Assembly: GCF_009834535.1 (NCBI RefSeq)
Contig: NC_045697.1
Location: forward strand, 61,506,001 to 61,570,000
Origin: Camelus ferus
Lineage: Eukaryota
DNA length: 64,000 bases
Reading direction: 5' to 3'
The position numbers and the translations under genes were made by a program. The notes beneath the pieces are model-generated. The model did not search any database. It had not been told where the DNA came from and worked only from the letters and a program-made list of their open reading frames with translations. Below are positions 1 through 12,599 of the stretch, in pieces (position 1 is the stretch's first letter; each line of letters begins with the position of its first letter).

Positions 1-139
1 TTACTAAATGTAATTTTCCATGTCCTAGGAGAAAGCCTGAGTATCCATACAATATCACATTTTTAGAAATTATTGTTAAAGAAAATGAAAACACTTTAAT
101 AATCAACTTTATGTGTTCATTATTCATTTTAGTAATTCC

Positions 140-250
140 TTGCATTTCTATAGTTAGTTTTACAGTTCTAAAGTGCTTTCACATTCTCATTCGCTCCTCA
201 TAAACCTATCAAGGTAGGAAGAGAAAGCATTATTGTTCCTATTTTATAGC
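140..250 (-). mobile_element. MIR SINE fragment
   Basis: aagtgctttcacattctcatt..cctcataaacctat..aggtagg..attattgttcctattttata resembles the reverse complement of the MIR core/3' end. Confidence 0.6.
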
Positions 251-697
251 CACAGCTACCACAAAGAAAATTTATACATGTTTCAGAGTCTGATGTAATG
301 TTTTTGATTTCAGAATAAACAAAAATGTTGAAAATATGACAGTTCCTGAAAAAAAATTATTTTTTAAAAAGTCATTTAATATCTCATTGTGTGCCCCACT
401 GCAAGAAGTTATTTATAAAAGATGCTTCCAGTTGAAAAGTTTTTGAAGTCTTTTTTAATTTTTTAAAACCTTATGCATATTAAACATGTAATATGTTTGG
501 GGAGTGTAGAACTTGCTGCACAATGAAGTATCAAATCAGCAACAAGAAATAAAAGAAGGCTTTTAAATATTATTTTAATTTGCTTTAATTACTTTTAATA
601 TTACTTCTTCAATAAGATGACCTATTTAAAATTAGGATCCTAAGGAATAAACTTTATTTATTCATCTGCTCGTTCATTCAACAAACTTATTGAGCCC

Positions 698-1192
698 TGA
701 CAAATATGGCCTTAATGTTCCCCTTAGCTTATTATATAGACTTCAGACAAGCTTCTCCCTGACTTGAAACCCTTAAATTCCCTTTACTTAGAGAATTTAT
801 TTAGAAAATTTACAATTATAAATTATTTCTTTAACCTTTTGAGATGCAATTTTTAAAAATAGCCTCTTGCTAATTTTATAACCCAGGAATGTCTTTCTCA
901 AGGACCTACAAAGCCACCCCTTGGAAAGGTAATCATCAAGCAAGACAGAATCCCTGTTTTCCAGTTTCTGTGGGAGGGTAGAAGCCTAACTTGCTCCAAG
1001 CTGTGAAACTACCCCCTGTCACAAAGATAGGAGAAAGTTTAACCACAATCCTTCTGCCCAGCTCTTAAAAACGTTCCCATCCTTTGTTCAGCAGAGTTAA
1101 TCTCAGACTATTTATGGCCTCTCTCTCACACAGTAGCTTCAAATAGTCTTCCTTGCTTATAGGACTTCACTGGGTGCAATTTTTGTTTTGAC
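698..1192 (+). mobile_element. ERV1 solo LTR (MER34/MER39-like) interrupting an L2 fragment
   Basis: TG...CA termini (ends tttgttttgaca); motifs aacccaggaatgtctttctcaaggacct and ctgtgggagggtagaagcctaact recalled from MER34-group LTRs; L2 3'-end sequence at ~655-700 resumes at ~1210. Confidence 0.6.
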
Positions 1193-1364
1193 AGAATTAG
1201 TTATTTCTGAAGCCCTTTGATAGGCATTGAGGATAACCCCAGATGAGTAGCATGGTTACCCTACCCTCAAGTAGTTCAGAGTTGGGGTTACAGGAAGGAG
1301 GAGCACGCAAATAATTAAATAGGTCATTAGAGTCTGTCCAGGGGTATTATAAAAAGGAAACACA

Positions 1365-1798
1365 TGTTGACTGAAAAGACAGCATTTCAGATAGCTCTGA
1401 GTAACTGCTCAGAAGAGGCGGGGGGAACTCAGTATTACATATGATTTTAGTGGAGGGAGTACATACAGTCAAGCACACATTTACAAAGAGGCTTGCTCCT
1501 AGTCACCAGGAGTAGATGTCATCATTAATGATTTTAGTGCTTTTCTAAATATGAGGAGATGTAAAAATTTGGGCTCATACAATCTTCTCCTGAAAATATC
1601 TAACTATCTATGCTCTGCCAGTGTTCCCAGAGCACAGAGGGCCTCATTCCTGATCTCCACCCTGAACTCCTTCCAGGACGTGTAGGAGGTCAGTGGCTGC
1701 AGCGGCTCATGATTTAATCCGAGGAGAGGTAGATGGCAAGTGACAACGTGATCCAATATTTGTAGAGGCAGATGGCAAGTGCCAATTTTTAGTTGGCA
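1365..1798 (-). mobile_element. ERV1 (MER4-group, artiodactyl-type) solo LTR
   Basis: Starts tgttgactgaaaa, ends ttggca; motifs cagatagctctgag..actgctc, ttagtgcttttcta..tatg.ggagatg, gtggctgcagcggct; flanks caca/gaca resemble a 4-bp TSD. Confidence 0.6.
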
Positions 1799-2462
1799 GA
1801 CAGAATGCTAAATAATTTAGAAGCAACAAGCAAACCAAGGCAGCTAAACAAGTAGGTCATGTAATACTTTCCAGAACAAAATTTGAAGTAAATCTTAAAG
1901 ATAAGCTACTAGTAAATTTTAGGGTTCCCATAGCAAGCAAGGGGTTGTCACTAGTAAGAGTTAGAAACTAATACCAGCACCATTCCAGCTGCCCTAACAT
2001 ATTTATCCTATCTTTACCATATCCTTTGTGCAATACTTCTGAAAGTCACTTGCTCAGAGGATGTAAATATTAGTAAGGTTTAATCCTGGCCTCAAAAAGC
2101 TCACACTCTGCATTAATCCTCAAAATGTAATTAGCAGTTTAAACTGGCAAGGTTGCAAAACAGTACAGTCTGTCATTGGCTTCACCTTTCACTACTACCA
2201 TACACTTCTTCTAGGCACCCAAAATATACTAAAGTCCCAGGGCTGTCCTGGCCTCCAGGTACTCAAACTCATACACTGTGCTAGCCTGCCTGGCTGCCTT
2301 CTTGTACTTTTCTCTGCTAATTAAGTAAAATGTCCGTAACATTTATGTAATTGTCTCAGAGACTAAATCTCTACTCATCCATTTTAATCTTAAACAAATT
2401 TTGTCAATAAAGTGGTTCTAATACAGTAAGAGGTAGTAAATTTAAGCTCTTCTTACTGGCAT

Positions 2463-2807
2463 TGTTAAAAAATAAGCTAAGGTATATTAAAAATGTTGAG
2501 TTTCAGCAAAAATCAATTCCAATCAGGCAGTATCAACCTGGAAATGGTTGGAGTGCTCCAATGATAGGAAATAGGAGAGAGACTTTTATGGAGAAAAGGA
2601 AGAAGCAAAACAAGAAACTTATTTGATTGGCTATAGCTTAAGCTTTTGTCTTATTTGGAAAAGTTTAGTTGGCTGTTTGTGATTGGTTGTTCTTAGGTTT
2701 TGTTTTCTTAACTCTGAGACATTTACAGACTTAGGTTTTGGGTTTCTTATAAAGGCTGCTAAGGTATTAGAACCACCTCTGACAGCCTCCTTGTTTAATT
2801 AATAACA
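2463..2807 (-). mobile_element. ERV1 solo LTR (MER4-group-like)
   Basis: TGTTA...TAACA termini; repeated gattggc/gattggt (CCAAT on the minus strand) typical of these LTRs. Confidence 0.5.
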
Positions 2808-2899
2808 GTCTACATCAGGAAGTGTGTGGTGAAGGAAACAAAAATTACCTAAGTCAACCACCTTCTGAAACTTGAAATAGGCTCAGGGGACTGATATAC

Positions 2900-3190
2900 C
2901 ACAATTAAAATCTCGCCTCCTCCACTCACTTCTGGGTGACTTGGGGAAGTATCTTTCCCTTTGCTAGCTTTCACTTCTCTGAGCTGCCAAATGAAAAAAA
3001 CAAAACAAAACTGTCCCTTCCTATAAAGTACTGGAAAATTAGCTATCCCTGACCACTAGTGAGGGCTCGATAAATGTGAGTTATAAGTAACTTCTTTCTA
3101 ATCATTCATTCACTCAGTAAGTATTTGTTGGTGGCTAATGTGTGCCATGCACTGTTCTGGGAACAGGTGACAAACCAATGAACAATATTA
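2900..3190. mobile_element. MIR (+) followed by L2 3' end (-)
   Basis: ccactcacttctgggtgacttggggaagt (MIR core); cattcattcactcagtaagtatttgttg..tgtgtgcca (L2 tail, reverse complement). Confidence 0.55.
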
Positions 3191-3194
3191 AATA

Positions 3195-4080
3195 CATTCT
3201 CCCAACTGGTCATCAGACTTCTATTTGAAGACCTCCAGTGACAGGAAACCTACTACCTCCTGAAATGGCTCATTCAGGCAATTCTGACTGTGAGAAACAT
3301 TGCCTTAAATTACGTGAAAAAGCAGTTGCTTCACAATTTCTATCCATTAACTCTATTTCCATAGCACTAGAGCACCTACTGAGTAAGTGTGTTGGCTTTT
3401 CACCATGCAAGCTTTTAAATATAGAAGGTAGTTTGGGTGAAGTCTGGCTACCTAAGGGCCTGCAATAATCTCTGACTCTGGACTGGTCACTTCCTCCAAA
3501 TCTACTCTTTGCTTGTTTTCCTCTGTTTCTTTGAAAGAACGGTATACAGAAGTAGCCATAGCATTTCCTCTTTTAAGATACTGTACCTCTTTTTAATAAA
3601 ATCTAGGCTCAAAGTAGATTTAACAGCAACAACATGACAATAACAATTCATATTGGGCTTCAGGTCATCTGAAAGCTTATTGGTCTAAGTCCCATATCCC
3701 TCATTTTATACTTGTGAAGTTTTGCGTTTTTTAAAAATAAAGTGCAGAATGGTTTATAGTTTATCTTTTTATATAATTTATCACAGCAACATATTGATAT
3801 CAATTTGCCTCTAGCTTTTTACCATGTGACATTTTACTGTCCCTCTCAATTTTGTGTAATTTGCAAATTCAAACATGTCCCATCTCTCTCCAAATAGGTC
3901 ACTGCTATAAAATGTGGACCATTGTCAGTGTTGAGAGACGAACTCATTGTTTCTGTGTTAAAATTCTCCCTCCAATTTGATATCAAGCTATCCATCATTA
4001 ATGTTTGGATACCATCAATCCATTATATATCCATCGGATAATGCTATTCTCTCTAGACCCATACTACCATGGTGAAAATT
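3195..4080 (-). mobile_element. Old L3/CR1 LINE remnant
   Basis: ttgaagacctccagtgacaggaaacctactacctcc..ctgactgtgagaaa resembles reverse-complemented CR1/L3 ORF2; very diverged. Confidence 0.4.
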
Positions 4081-4384
4081 GGAATTACAATTTCCAATAT
4101 CCTCTTCTGGCATTTATCTTAGTCTCTATAATTCTTTAAAGCTACTCTCTAATATTCCTTCTACAAGTTCTTTCATAGAATAGAATCTAATCACAGAACA
4201 AAAGAAATTCACTTTTCGAATCCAATCATTCCCTTACAGTCTCTTCATCCTTCGGGGGTGTTTTCTCCTTTCTCTTCCTTTCCAGACATCATTTGCTTTG
4301 AATGAGAGGACAACAATTTGAGCAGTTATGATCTCTTCACATACTTCTCATTAATATTTATCCCTCTAGATTCATGGAGTGGGC

Positions 4385-4545
4385 TCATTTCCTTCCTTCC
4401 CTCTCGCCTTCCTGTCTCACTCCCTTTTACCCTCCCCCACTTCCCTCCTCCTCCCGTCCTTCCTTCTTCCTTCCCACTCTCCCTCCCTCTCTTTGCCTGT
4501 GCTTCCCTCTCTTCACTCTCCTGGCTCCCATCTGCTTTTCTTTCT
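4385..4545. repeat. CT-rich low-complexity tract
   Basis: Polypyrimidine sequence (ttccttccttccctctc...) seen directly; it explains the overlapping ORFs at 4318-4700. Confidence 0.85.
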
Positions 4546-4579
4546 CCAGAAATGATTATAAAATAAAATTTTGTTATCA

Positions 4580-4770
4580 AGAGGTAGTATAAAGTGCAAA
4601 GAGCACAAAGAGCACAAATTTTTGATGGAGCAAGTAATTCTCTACAGTTTGGGCATTTGCTTAATCTCTTTAGACTTACTTCATAGGTTTTTACGAACAA
4701 TAATTGAATAGATGTAAAAAACTTAGAGCATCTTTAAAGCATAATAGATGTTAAATAAATATTAATGCAG
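4580..4770 (+). mobile_element. MIR SINE fragment
   Basis: ttgggcatttgcttaatctcttt..cttcataggttttt..atgtaaaaaacttagagca..aataaatatt. Confidence 0.5.
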
Positions 4771-5449
4771 CATGAGTTTAAAGTTACAATTCTACAATTT
4801 AGATGGCCAAAATATGTAATTTGTGTTTTTACCAGAAATAGATTCAATCTCTACTACAGATTCCCCATTCCCACTCAGTAGTGGGGAGAAGAGAAGCAGC
4901 ATGACAAGACCTTCAACTTGGCACGAAAAGTGTCTTAGTCTATCTCAGTCTCAAAAACAGTGGGTTTTGGATGTTTGTTGTTTTTGTTGTTGTTTGGGAA
5001 ATACACAGTAAATTTTAAAAGGCAATATTCTATCCATGCAGATTTTCCTACTTCTTCCAGGAAACTCTCCTCTCTCCTTATTTCCATGGTGGTCTCAGGC
5101 AAAATTTTCATGATAGTCACCCTTCCTCTGGCCCCATTTACACAGCACAGTGCTTTCTCCTTCATCTCTTTATCTGGTGCAAACTTTCCTTCCATTTTAT
5201 ATCCTGAATATGACTTAAAATAAAATTCTATTTATTCTAAAATTCTGATTTAAGTCCTCCATACAAGGCTCTTGAATTGTAAAAGTGAGTATTTGGAACA
5301 GACTGTCTACAGGCAAATTAGAAAAGAATCGCACTATCCTCGAGTTAAAAAAAAGAAGTGAAATTGTTTCTTTTCATTTTTAATAATGACAGTGATACGA
5401 AACATAAAGCCATTCTGTGCAAATTCTATAAATCAAAATTTGAAAATAA

Positions 5450-8330
5450 TATACCAAATATGAATTTTTAATTATAATTATTTAAAAGTTAAGGTCACTA
5501 GGATATAAGCATTGGTTGTAAAAGAGTTATTTATGCTCCTTGCTTTCAAGGAAATGAAAGTGCTTATTACAATTTCCATGCATACTTGCTCCAATATTTG
5601 TTTTCTTTAAAAAAATAAATTTGATTCATGTGGCAGGATGCATCTTAAGTCATTTTTGATGTGTTTTATGGGAAACTTCTTTTTTTGCTGGCAAAGTTAA
5701 TATAGAACAAGGGCTATAAAAGTATTTTAAAAGATGTCTAGCAAATTTGTGTCTAAATATTTTGCTAGTCTATAATAAAAGCTGTATTAGGCTTTATAAA
5801 ATTTAAGCATTTTAGTTCTTTAAAAATAGAGGTTTTATCGATAGCATGTTTCTTGTTATGGTCATAAGTTAATTTCATTAGTAAATATATATGCCACTTT
5901 AAATGTATAAAATCTAACTCTTTCAACACAGTAAATCTTTAGTAAAGAAGAAATTGCATTGGTCATGGAAAAAATTGATTTTCAGATTATGTTTGAATCA
6001 TAGATGTGCTGATTGTGAGGTTCACACTCAAAGTGAGTTTTCTTCATTCTTTTTCTAGGGTGTTTTGAATTGGAGAACTGATGTCAGTACTGTTAGTCTG
6101 ACATTTAGTTGGAATCAATGTTTTCATAAATGTCAACAATTTGTTTTCATCAAAGAATTTCATAATCTCTTCAACGATTTCAGAGACTTTTATACACTGA
6201 CTTTTGTTCATATATCATTTTGCTTAAAATATTGTTAGTATAGACCAAATAATTTTAAGTATACTTTAAGTATATCTTTGATTTTCATTACAGAATCTAG
6301 ATCCTTATCAATACATCAACAATTTCTAAAATAGCATTAGAAGAGTATCCTCCAATGAATATTCTGTGGCACAAGGGCATCAATTCAACTTTCTTACTGC
6401 TGTTTTGACAATGGCTTCAAATTTATGCAGGTAAATGTATTTTTAGTATACTTCAACATTTGTTCACACTGTAGTGTTTTAAATGTATCAGAATCAATAA
6501 AGATTTTTACCTTATTGTTTACCACAAAATTTAGACAATGCATGGAATGAGAAGTATAAAATACCTTTAACTACTCTGAATATCTTCTATCCATTCTCTT
6601 TTCCAAGCATAATATGTGCAGTACTGTTGTCTCTCTTATACCTCAAGTTATTTTTTTATGTCTCAATTTAAAGGTTTTGGCAAAAACTAAATTTTGTATA
6701 TAATTTACTCAACAAGACCTTGCCAATATTCTTATGTTCACTTTCACTCTCTGTTTAGAATGCCTCAATAGTCTTTCAAATTTCAATTTTGAATACAACA
6801 CTATTTTTGCTCTTTTCATCTTTGTCAAGATTATTTGATGAAGGTTGTCTATGTTTTGTCCCTTCTCATTTTTCAGTTGAATATTTTCCATCTTCAAATA
6901 GAATAAAATTTATAGAATCTTTTGGTTTGTAATAAACTAACAAGGATCTAGTATATTTTTAGCAATTTGGAAGAACTTATTAATGCTTCTGCAGCTATTC
7001 TGTCATTTGGTAATTTAAAAATTTTCCATTGTTTAATATTCAAATTATATCATCAAGTATCCTAATCTTCAGAAAATATATTTGGTCTAATGAATTTTTC
7101 ATGTACATTTTATCCCAGTTTGTTTTGTTTTGTTTTGTTTTTTGAAATTTACCATTTCTGGCTGACATGGAGATGAGAGATAAATTCACATCCTTTTTTA
7201 TCAGTGACATATTAGTGTTATACTACACAGAGACTAATAGCTCTGAAATCTCCCTTTTATAGCATTACATCTATCTTCTCCAAAAATGTATCTAAATAAT
7301 ACAAAATATTTTCTTTCACTTATGTATCCAATGACTTTCCATTTTGTTTTCAAAAATTTTTCTTTTCATCCTGACATATGAGGAAAATAGTATATAACAG
7401 CTCAGAAATTATTTTAAAATGTATGAAAATTTAAATAACACGAACATGATAAACTCATCAAATTTTAACAATACATAATTTTTGTACTGACAAAATTTCC
7501 ATGATAAGAGAATATCTGTTCAAAAACAACTGGCCAGTTAGCTGATAATTTATAACTACTTATAATTATGATAATTTATATCTATGCAATGTTTATTTTG
7601 TGATTCAAGTGTATTAGTCACAGTTCTCCAAAGAAACAGAAGCAAAGGATATATATAAAAAGACTTACTATAAGGTATTGGCTCATACAATGGAGGATGA
7701 GAAGTCCCATGACCAAGGTGGAGACCCAGGAAGGCCAATGGTGTAGTTAAAAGGCCTGAGAGCTGGAGATCCAGTGGTGTAGATTTCAGTCCAAGTCTGA
7801 AGGCATAAGAACAAGGAATGCCGAGGGCAGGAGAAGATCAATGTCCCAGCTCATCAGGCAGGTAGAGAATGAGAGAAAGAGAGAGCCCTCCCATCCTCCA
7901 CCTTTCTGTCCTGTTCAGGGCCTCAAATCCATCCACATTCCTTTTACCCAGTCCACTGGTCCAATTGCTAACCTCCTCTGGAAACACCCACACAGACACA
8001 CCCAGAAATAATGTTTAACCGTATATCTGACATCTCATGATCCAGTCAAATTGACACATAAAATTAAATATAAGAATAAGTGATATTTAGTTATTACATA
8101 ATGGTTCATGTAATGATGAAGATACTTGTACATTCATATTGTGAACCCAGCAGTATAGTCTTTGTCCTATAAACATATGGCAGATGATGCAAAGGAAAAT
8201 ATTATATAACAACTTAACCAACCCACTTACAATACAGAACTTTTTCCTCTTAATTTCAAACAATAAAAAAATAAGATCGTAATGTAGAAACATAGCTAAT
8301 TTTAAATTTTGTTGCACCAATAAGCTCAGT
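5450..8330 (-). mobile_element. Decayed hAT (Tip100/Zaphod-like) DNA transposon with transposase remnants
   Basis: Minus-strand translation gives, in the expected N-to-C order: FLCIICHMF...SSLHEPL (~8100-8200, TTF-type zinc-finger-like), NLKPLSKQQ*ES*IDALVP (6368-6423, cf. hAT LKPLSxTRWxSRxDA), and ASKKRSFP / KHIKNDLRC (~5640-5692, cf. hAT dimerization motif ASAERSFSxLKLIKNYLRS). Many stops and frameshifts. Confidence 0.7.
7610..8075 (-). mobile_element. MLT2 (ERVL) solo LTR inserted in the hAT fossil
   Basis: tgtattagtca..gttctcca..gaaacagaa start; ggaaacacccacacagacacacccagaaataatgttt..cagtcaaattgacacataaaatta end. Confidence 0.85.
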
Positions 8331-8532
8331 TATCAAATTAATTCCTCTTCTACAGGTCAAAGGAGAATGATATGTTAATATATGAATTCTGTGAGAATAA
8401 AATGCTGTATTTCCATCTTTGGGAAGGTTCTTGTAAAATAATGAACACTGATTGCCATAGATGTTACTATCACCATTGTTACCAGAAGTCCCTGTTCAAA
8501 CCAGCACAACTGGAGTTTACACTTCTCTTTAC

Positions 8533-8627
8533 CTTGGTATATTGAACGTCTGCTTCAAGAGCTACTTTTCTGCCCAGGTTATTACCCCAGATATTTCCAA
8601 ACTGCCTAAATGACTGCCCAGAAGTTC
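8533..8627 (-). CDS. Candidate internal coding exon (95 nt) of an unidentified minus-strand gene
   Basis: Acceptor attttggtatttcag, donor AAG|gtaaag; only one frame is open: (G)TSGQSFRQFGNIWGNNLGRKVALEADVQYTK; phase 1 start matches the candidate at 10089-10120. Confidence 0.35.
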
Positions 8628-10088
8628 CTGAAATACCAAAATATCATATACCACACGTGCCACAGTGTAGGTCTCTGCTACTGCTAAAAGGTTTCCCCTT
8701 TTAGGATACACAGAATACCCTTCACTGAGGGAAACTATTACAGTTCTTGCCCATAGTGCTTTCTTTCCTGACATCATCTCTGACAGCAACTAGGTTTAGG
8801 AAAACAATCCAATTTGTCCTCACTTTAACAAAGGTGCACTTTCTGTAGCTTTATGATGAATGTCTGTTTCTTAAGGTAAGGAGAAAACCACTAGATCTAT
8901 CATAAAGATTTTTTTTCTTTCATTCCTAAAAGTCTTTGGAGGCATGAGATCCACACAACAAACTGTATTAATTCCAATATGGCCATTGGCTGTTCAATTT
9001 AGATCCTAATACCACATGTTTTCTCCCCACAAAGTTCCCAGATTATCAGTCTATGAAACCCTAATGTGTCTTTGGAGTTATATTTTTTAAAACACAGGTC
9101 TAATTCAATCTTTGCATTTTACTCTGTAGAAATAGGTCTCAATGGAATTCAGTAACTTATCCAATTTACAAAGGCATGTTTAGGAGCTTAACTGGACTAT
9201 CCTAGATATTCAGTGCAGCCTCGCATTTCTTGTTACGGTAAATTTATGAGCTCATAACTCATAGTTACAGATATTTGTAAAGGTTCCCATTTTGTTTGAA
9301 CTAGACTATGTACCTGAATGATGAGTTAATTTCCAACTCACCAATTCTCCCCAGAGTTTCAAAACAGGTTCTCTAGAATTTTAGAGCTTCACTTCAATAT
9401 CATTCATAATAGTCTGTCACATTTTTTAAGGCAATGCCAGTCTTCACACATTACTATTGGGTAATCCAAGCCCCCTTCCTAGAGATCAGTTTGACTATGT
9501 AAGATCTTCTGGAGAAAAAAAAAACAGAAGAAGAACACTAAAAAGCATTCTTATTAAAATAATGCTAACAACATAAAAACAGTTATGTCACAAATAAAAG
9601 AAAAAAAAGTATTTTACGCAAGATAATGAATTAAGATAATTCTAACACGTGGCATAAATTCTATTGCCCTGTTCTTAATAGTTCCTATTCTGCTTTCACA
9701 CTATGTTTTGCATAAGAAGCATCAGATTTCATTTTTTAAAATCCTTCCTTGTAATAAAAATGTATTAAAAAGCCCCAACACTTTCAGGCTTGTTAGCACA
9801 TTTTCAAAGTAACATTAGATGTACAGCCCCAAGTGGGAATATTAAAACAACACACATATCAAGCTATGGGACTTGAGAGGAAAATAAGTTTGTGATATGT
9901 TTTGTTGGGCCTGATTTACAGTTAGAACATAACTTTCAGTCATGCATTATTAACTGGAGATAGGACAGGAAAAAGGTTTTACTGTCCCAAGATTAATTAA
10001 TGGCTGTTCTTCAGTAAGCATTTGCCTCAGAGGCAGAGTTAGCTGGAACAATTTCCTCTTATACTCTGGGGAACTTGTAACACTGTAC

Positions 10089-10120
10089 CTGAAAACTCAA
10101 CTTCATAGAATCCTAATACC
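10089..10120 (-). CDS. Candidate internal coding exon (32 nt)
   Basis: Strong acceptor gttattttttttttcttcag, donor CAG|gtacag; reads VLGFYEVEFS(G), phase 2 to phase 1. Confidence 0.3.
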
Positions 10121-10989
10121 CTGAAGAAAAAAAAAATAACTATGACAAAACTGAAACTGCCTACCTGAACACAGACAAGTATTTAACTCAGAGGAGCAGT
10201 CTGCATGCTTGCCTTGCTCTGACGGGAAAATTCATGTTCCTTTCACATCTGTAAGTGCAGGTGGATACTTCCTCATTATATCCAGAAATAACTAGTTGCA
10301 TGGGACAAACTTGACTACAACTTCCTCTTCTTCAAAGGCATCTGCCTGGCACCCTGAGTAATCAAAATCCACCCCATATTGTAAACAGTAGTGACATTTT
10401 AACCTAATATTGTTGAGGGTTCAGCATTTTCAAAAAAATAGAAGTAAGCGTCACCTGGATTTTGCATTTCATCACATTCTTTTTTCCTTTTCTTTCATCT
10501 TCTTTTTGTTGGGAAAGACAGCACTTAGGGTATAAGGATTAAATTTTCGTATTCAAAGACATATGTCACCACTGTTTCACTCCCATAAAATATTTGCCTG
10601 ACTAATATTTTATAATATTTTTTCCTACAAGCACACTGTGTTTCTTTAACTTTCAGTCATTGCCAATCTTTTGTAGTTACCACAACAACAGGTGTTAAGT
10701 GGTGTATACATGTGTATAGGATGAGCCTTTATTGATCTTTGTTATCTTCATCTTTCTTTTTCAGTAGTTTGGGTGTGGATTTCTCTGAATTTATTCTGTT
10801 TGGCATAGAATTTTTTAAGTCTATCATCAAATTTTATCTTCCATCAATTGCCCCTCAGGGGTTATCTGGGAATTAGGTATTAGTCTATGTTGTACATCAG
10901 TTCTTCAAATTTTTGTTGTATCACAGTATTTTATTTGGCCAACAATATTTGGTTTTGATTGTAGTATAGCTTTTTAAGTATAAATAAAT

Positions 10990-11190
10990 TATAGAAGTGA
11001 GACTAGTGTGTACCTTAGGAAGAGGAGGGGACTGATGTTTCCTGGGAAGATGCATGAGGGAAACTCCTGGGGTGAAAGAAATGAACAGAGGCTAACACAT
11101 GAATATATATGAAAAATTAGTCGAGTTGTATAATTAAGATACAACTAAGTGCTGTACACACTTTACATAAATTATACCTTGATAAAATTT
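10990..11190 (+). mobile_element. Old L1M (L1ME-like) 3' UTR fragment
   Basis: gggaagatgcatgagggaaactcctggggtga..aaattataccttgataaaa. Confidence 0.55.
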
Positions 11191-11299
11191 TAAGGCATTT
11201 TTTCATTTATTATCCTCACAAAAATGGCATTTATTATATTCTTAAAATTCTACACAGCACTGGCTTTAGGAACTAAAATAATATAATACAACAGCAATA

Positions 11300-11600
11300 T
11301 TTATTTAATTCATTGATTATTCCTTCAGTAACACCTTTTGGGACATCTACTTTGTGGAAAGTGTAGACATAAGACATAGTATTTCCTTGAGCTCACAGTT
11401 TAAAGACATGTAAGTTCAGGTACAATTGTTATCAGGGTAGAATTCCTATGTTTGGGGAAAATACAGTGGATTTTTAAAAAACACATAAGTGGGGTCAACA
11501 ACCAAGTCTGAGGGGTGAAATATAAGGGAAAGCTTCCCTAAGTACAAGATGGCTGAGCTTGATGTGCACTTACGGAGATAAAAATCAAAGTAGAGAAACT
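11300..11600 (-). mobile_element. L2 fragment
   Basis: ttcattgattattccttcagtaacaccttttgggacatctactttgtg..gagctcacagtt..agggaaagcttccct. Confidence 0.5.
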
Positions 11601-12224
11601 TTTTTTAAAGTGGCCAAAAAATGGCATTGAAGTATGCTGGCAGAAGAATACAAAATTATTACACCACTTTTCTCTTTAAACGCATAAACCAGATAAATTA
11701 AGTGCAAGAAGACTTTAAGAAATGAATGGCTTATTGGAAATATATTCTCATTACCTACAAAAGGTTCAACAAGAAAGTAAGTTAATTAAAACTTTGAAAG
11801 ATGAGAGGAAAACTGCTTCAGTTTTACCTGGGAACAAAGGTCTTTGGAGAAGATTTTATAAGAGAAGATCTGTTAGGCAATAGGGCCGCATGATCTTAAG
11901 TTTTATTTGGTAGAATGATGAACATTAGTGACCAGCTTGGGCTGAGCTCTTGTAACACATGTTAACTTCAAAGGAAGACTCTGGTCCAAGGCAGTAACAC
12001 TTACTAATGTCAATAGTTTTCAGCCAGTAACTCCACTTTTTGTCATTCTTTTCCTAGCAACAGACTCTGACCTCAAATTATCCATTTGCCTATTTTTCAT
12101 ATGCCCCAGACCAGCAACATTTCAACCACATTTCTATTCCCTCTGGCCTTGCTCCTACTTGTTGCCCTATCTTGCTTCACTACTCCTTTTCTGAATGGCT
12201 CAGTATTCTCCTTTACATTGAAAG

Positions 12225-12599
12225 CCGTAAGAGCTTAGCAAAATAAAAATTTATCTTTCATGCCCACAAAATCCAACATAGATGTTCTGTTCAGTCAGGG
12301 TGACTTCCACATTATCATTTAACATCCAGTCTCTTTCCAGCTTTCCCTAGGGTCTGAAGTGTTCTGTTAAGATCCTTTCCAGCTGGCAGATGGGGGAAGA
12401 GGAAGTATAAAGAAAATATAGGAAGTTTTGATGAGCTAAGACGGGCAGTATTTCAAATCACTTCAGCTCACATTCAAGTGGCTAAAACCCAGCCACATGG
12501 CCACGTCTAAGTGTAAGGGAGGCTGAGAGATGTCGTCTAGCTGTCTGCTCAGGAGGAAGAGAAAATTATTTCGGAAAGCCCATAGCAGTTTCCACCACA
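12225..12599 (-). mobile_element. MaLR LTR (MLT1J/K-like)
   Basis: atcacttcagctcacattc..tggctaaaacccagccacatggccacgtctaagtgtaagggaggctgagagatgtcgtctagctgt; ends ccaccaca. Confidence 0.75.

Noticed and set aside
1720..1785. Short direct repeat gagg(t/c)agatggcaagtg
   Set aside because: Two-copy internal duplication within an LTR; not a CRISPR-like array
4318..4700. Overlapping ORFs of 72-124 aa
   Set aside because: They arise from the CT/GA low-complexity tract and a MIR; no protein-like content
9455..9508. Strong minus-strand acceptor between two candidate exons
   Set aside because: Weak donor, and the phase is incompatible with its neighbours
8533..10120. Resemblance of YEVEFSGTSGQSFR to a recalled PKHD1L1 peptide (YEVYFTGTSPQNLR)
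   Set aside because: Only a short recalled similarity; flanking residues do not match and PKHD1L1 would show many more exons in 64 kb, so no symbol was assigned
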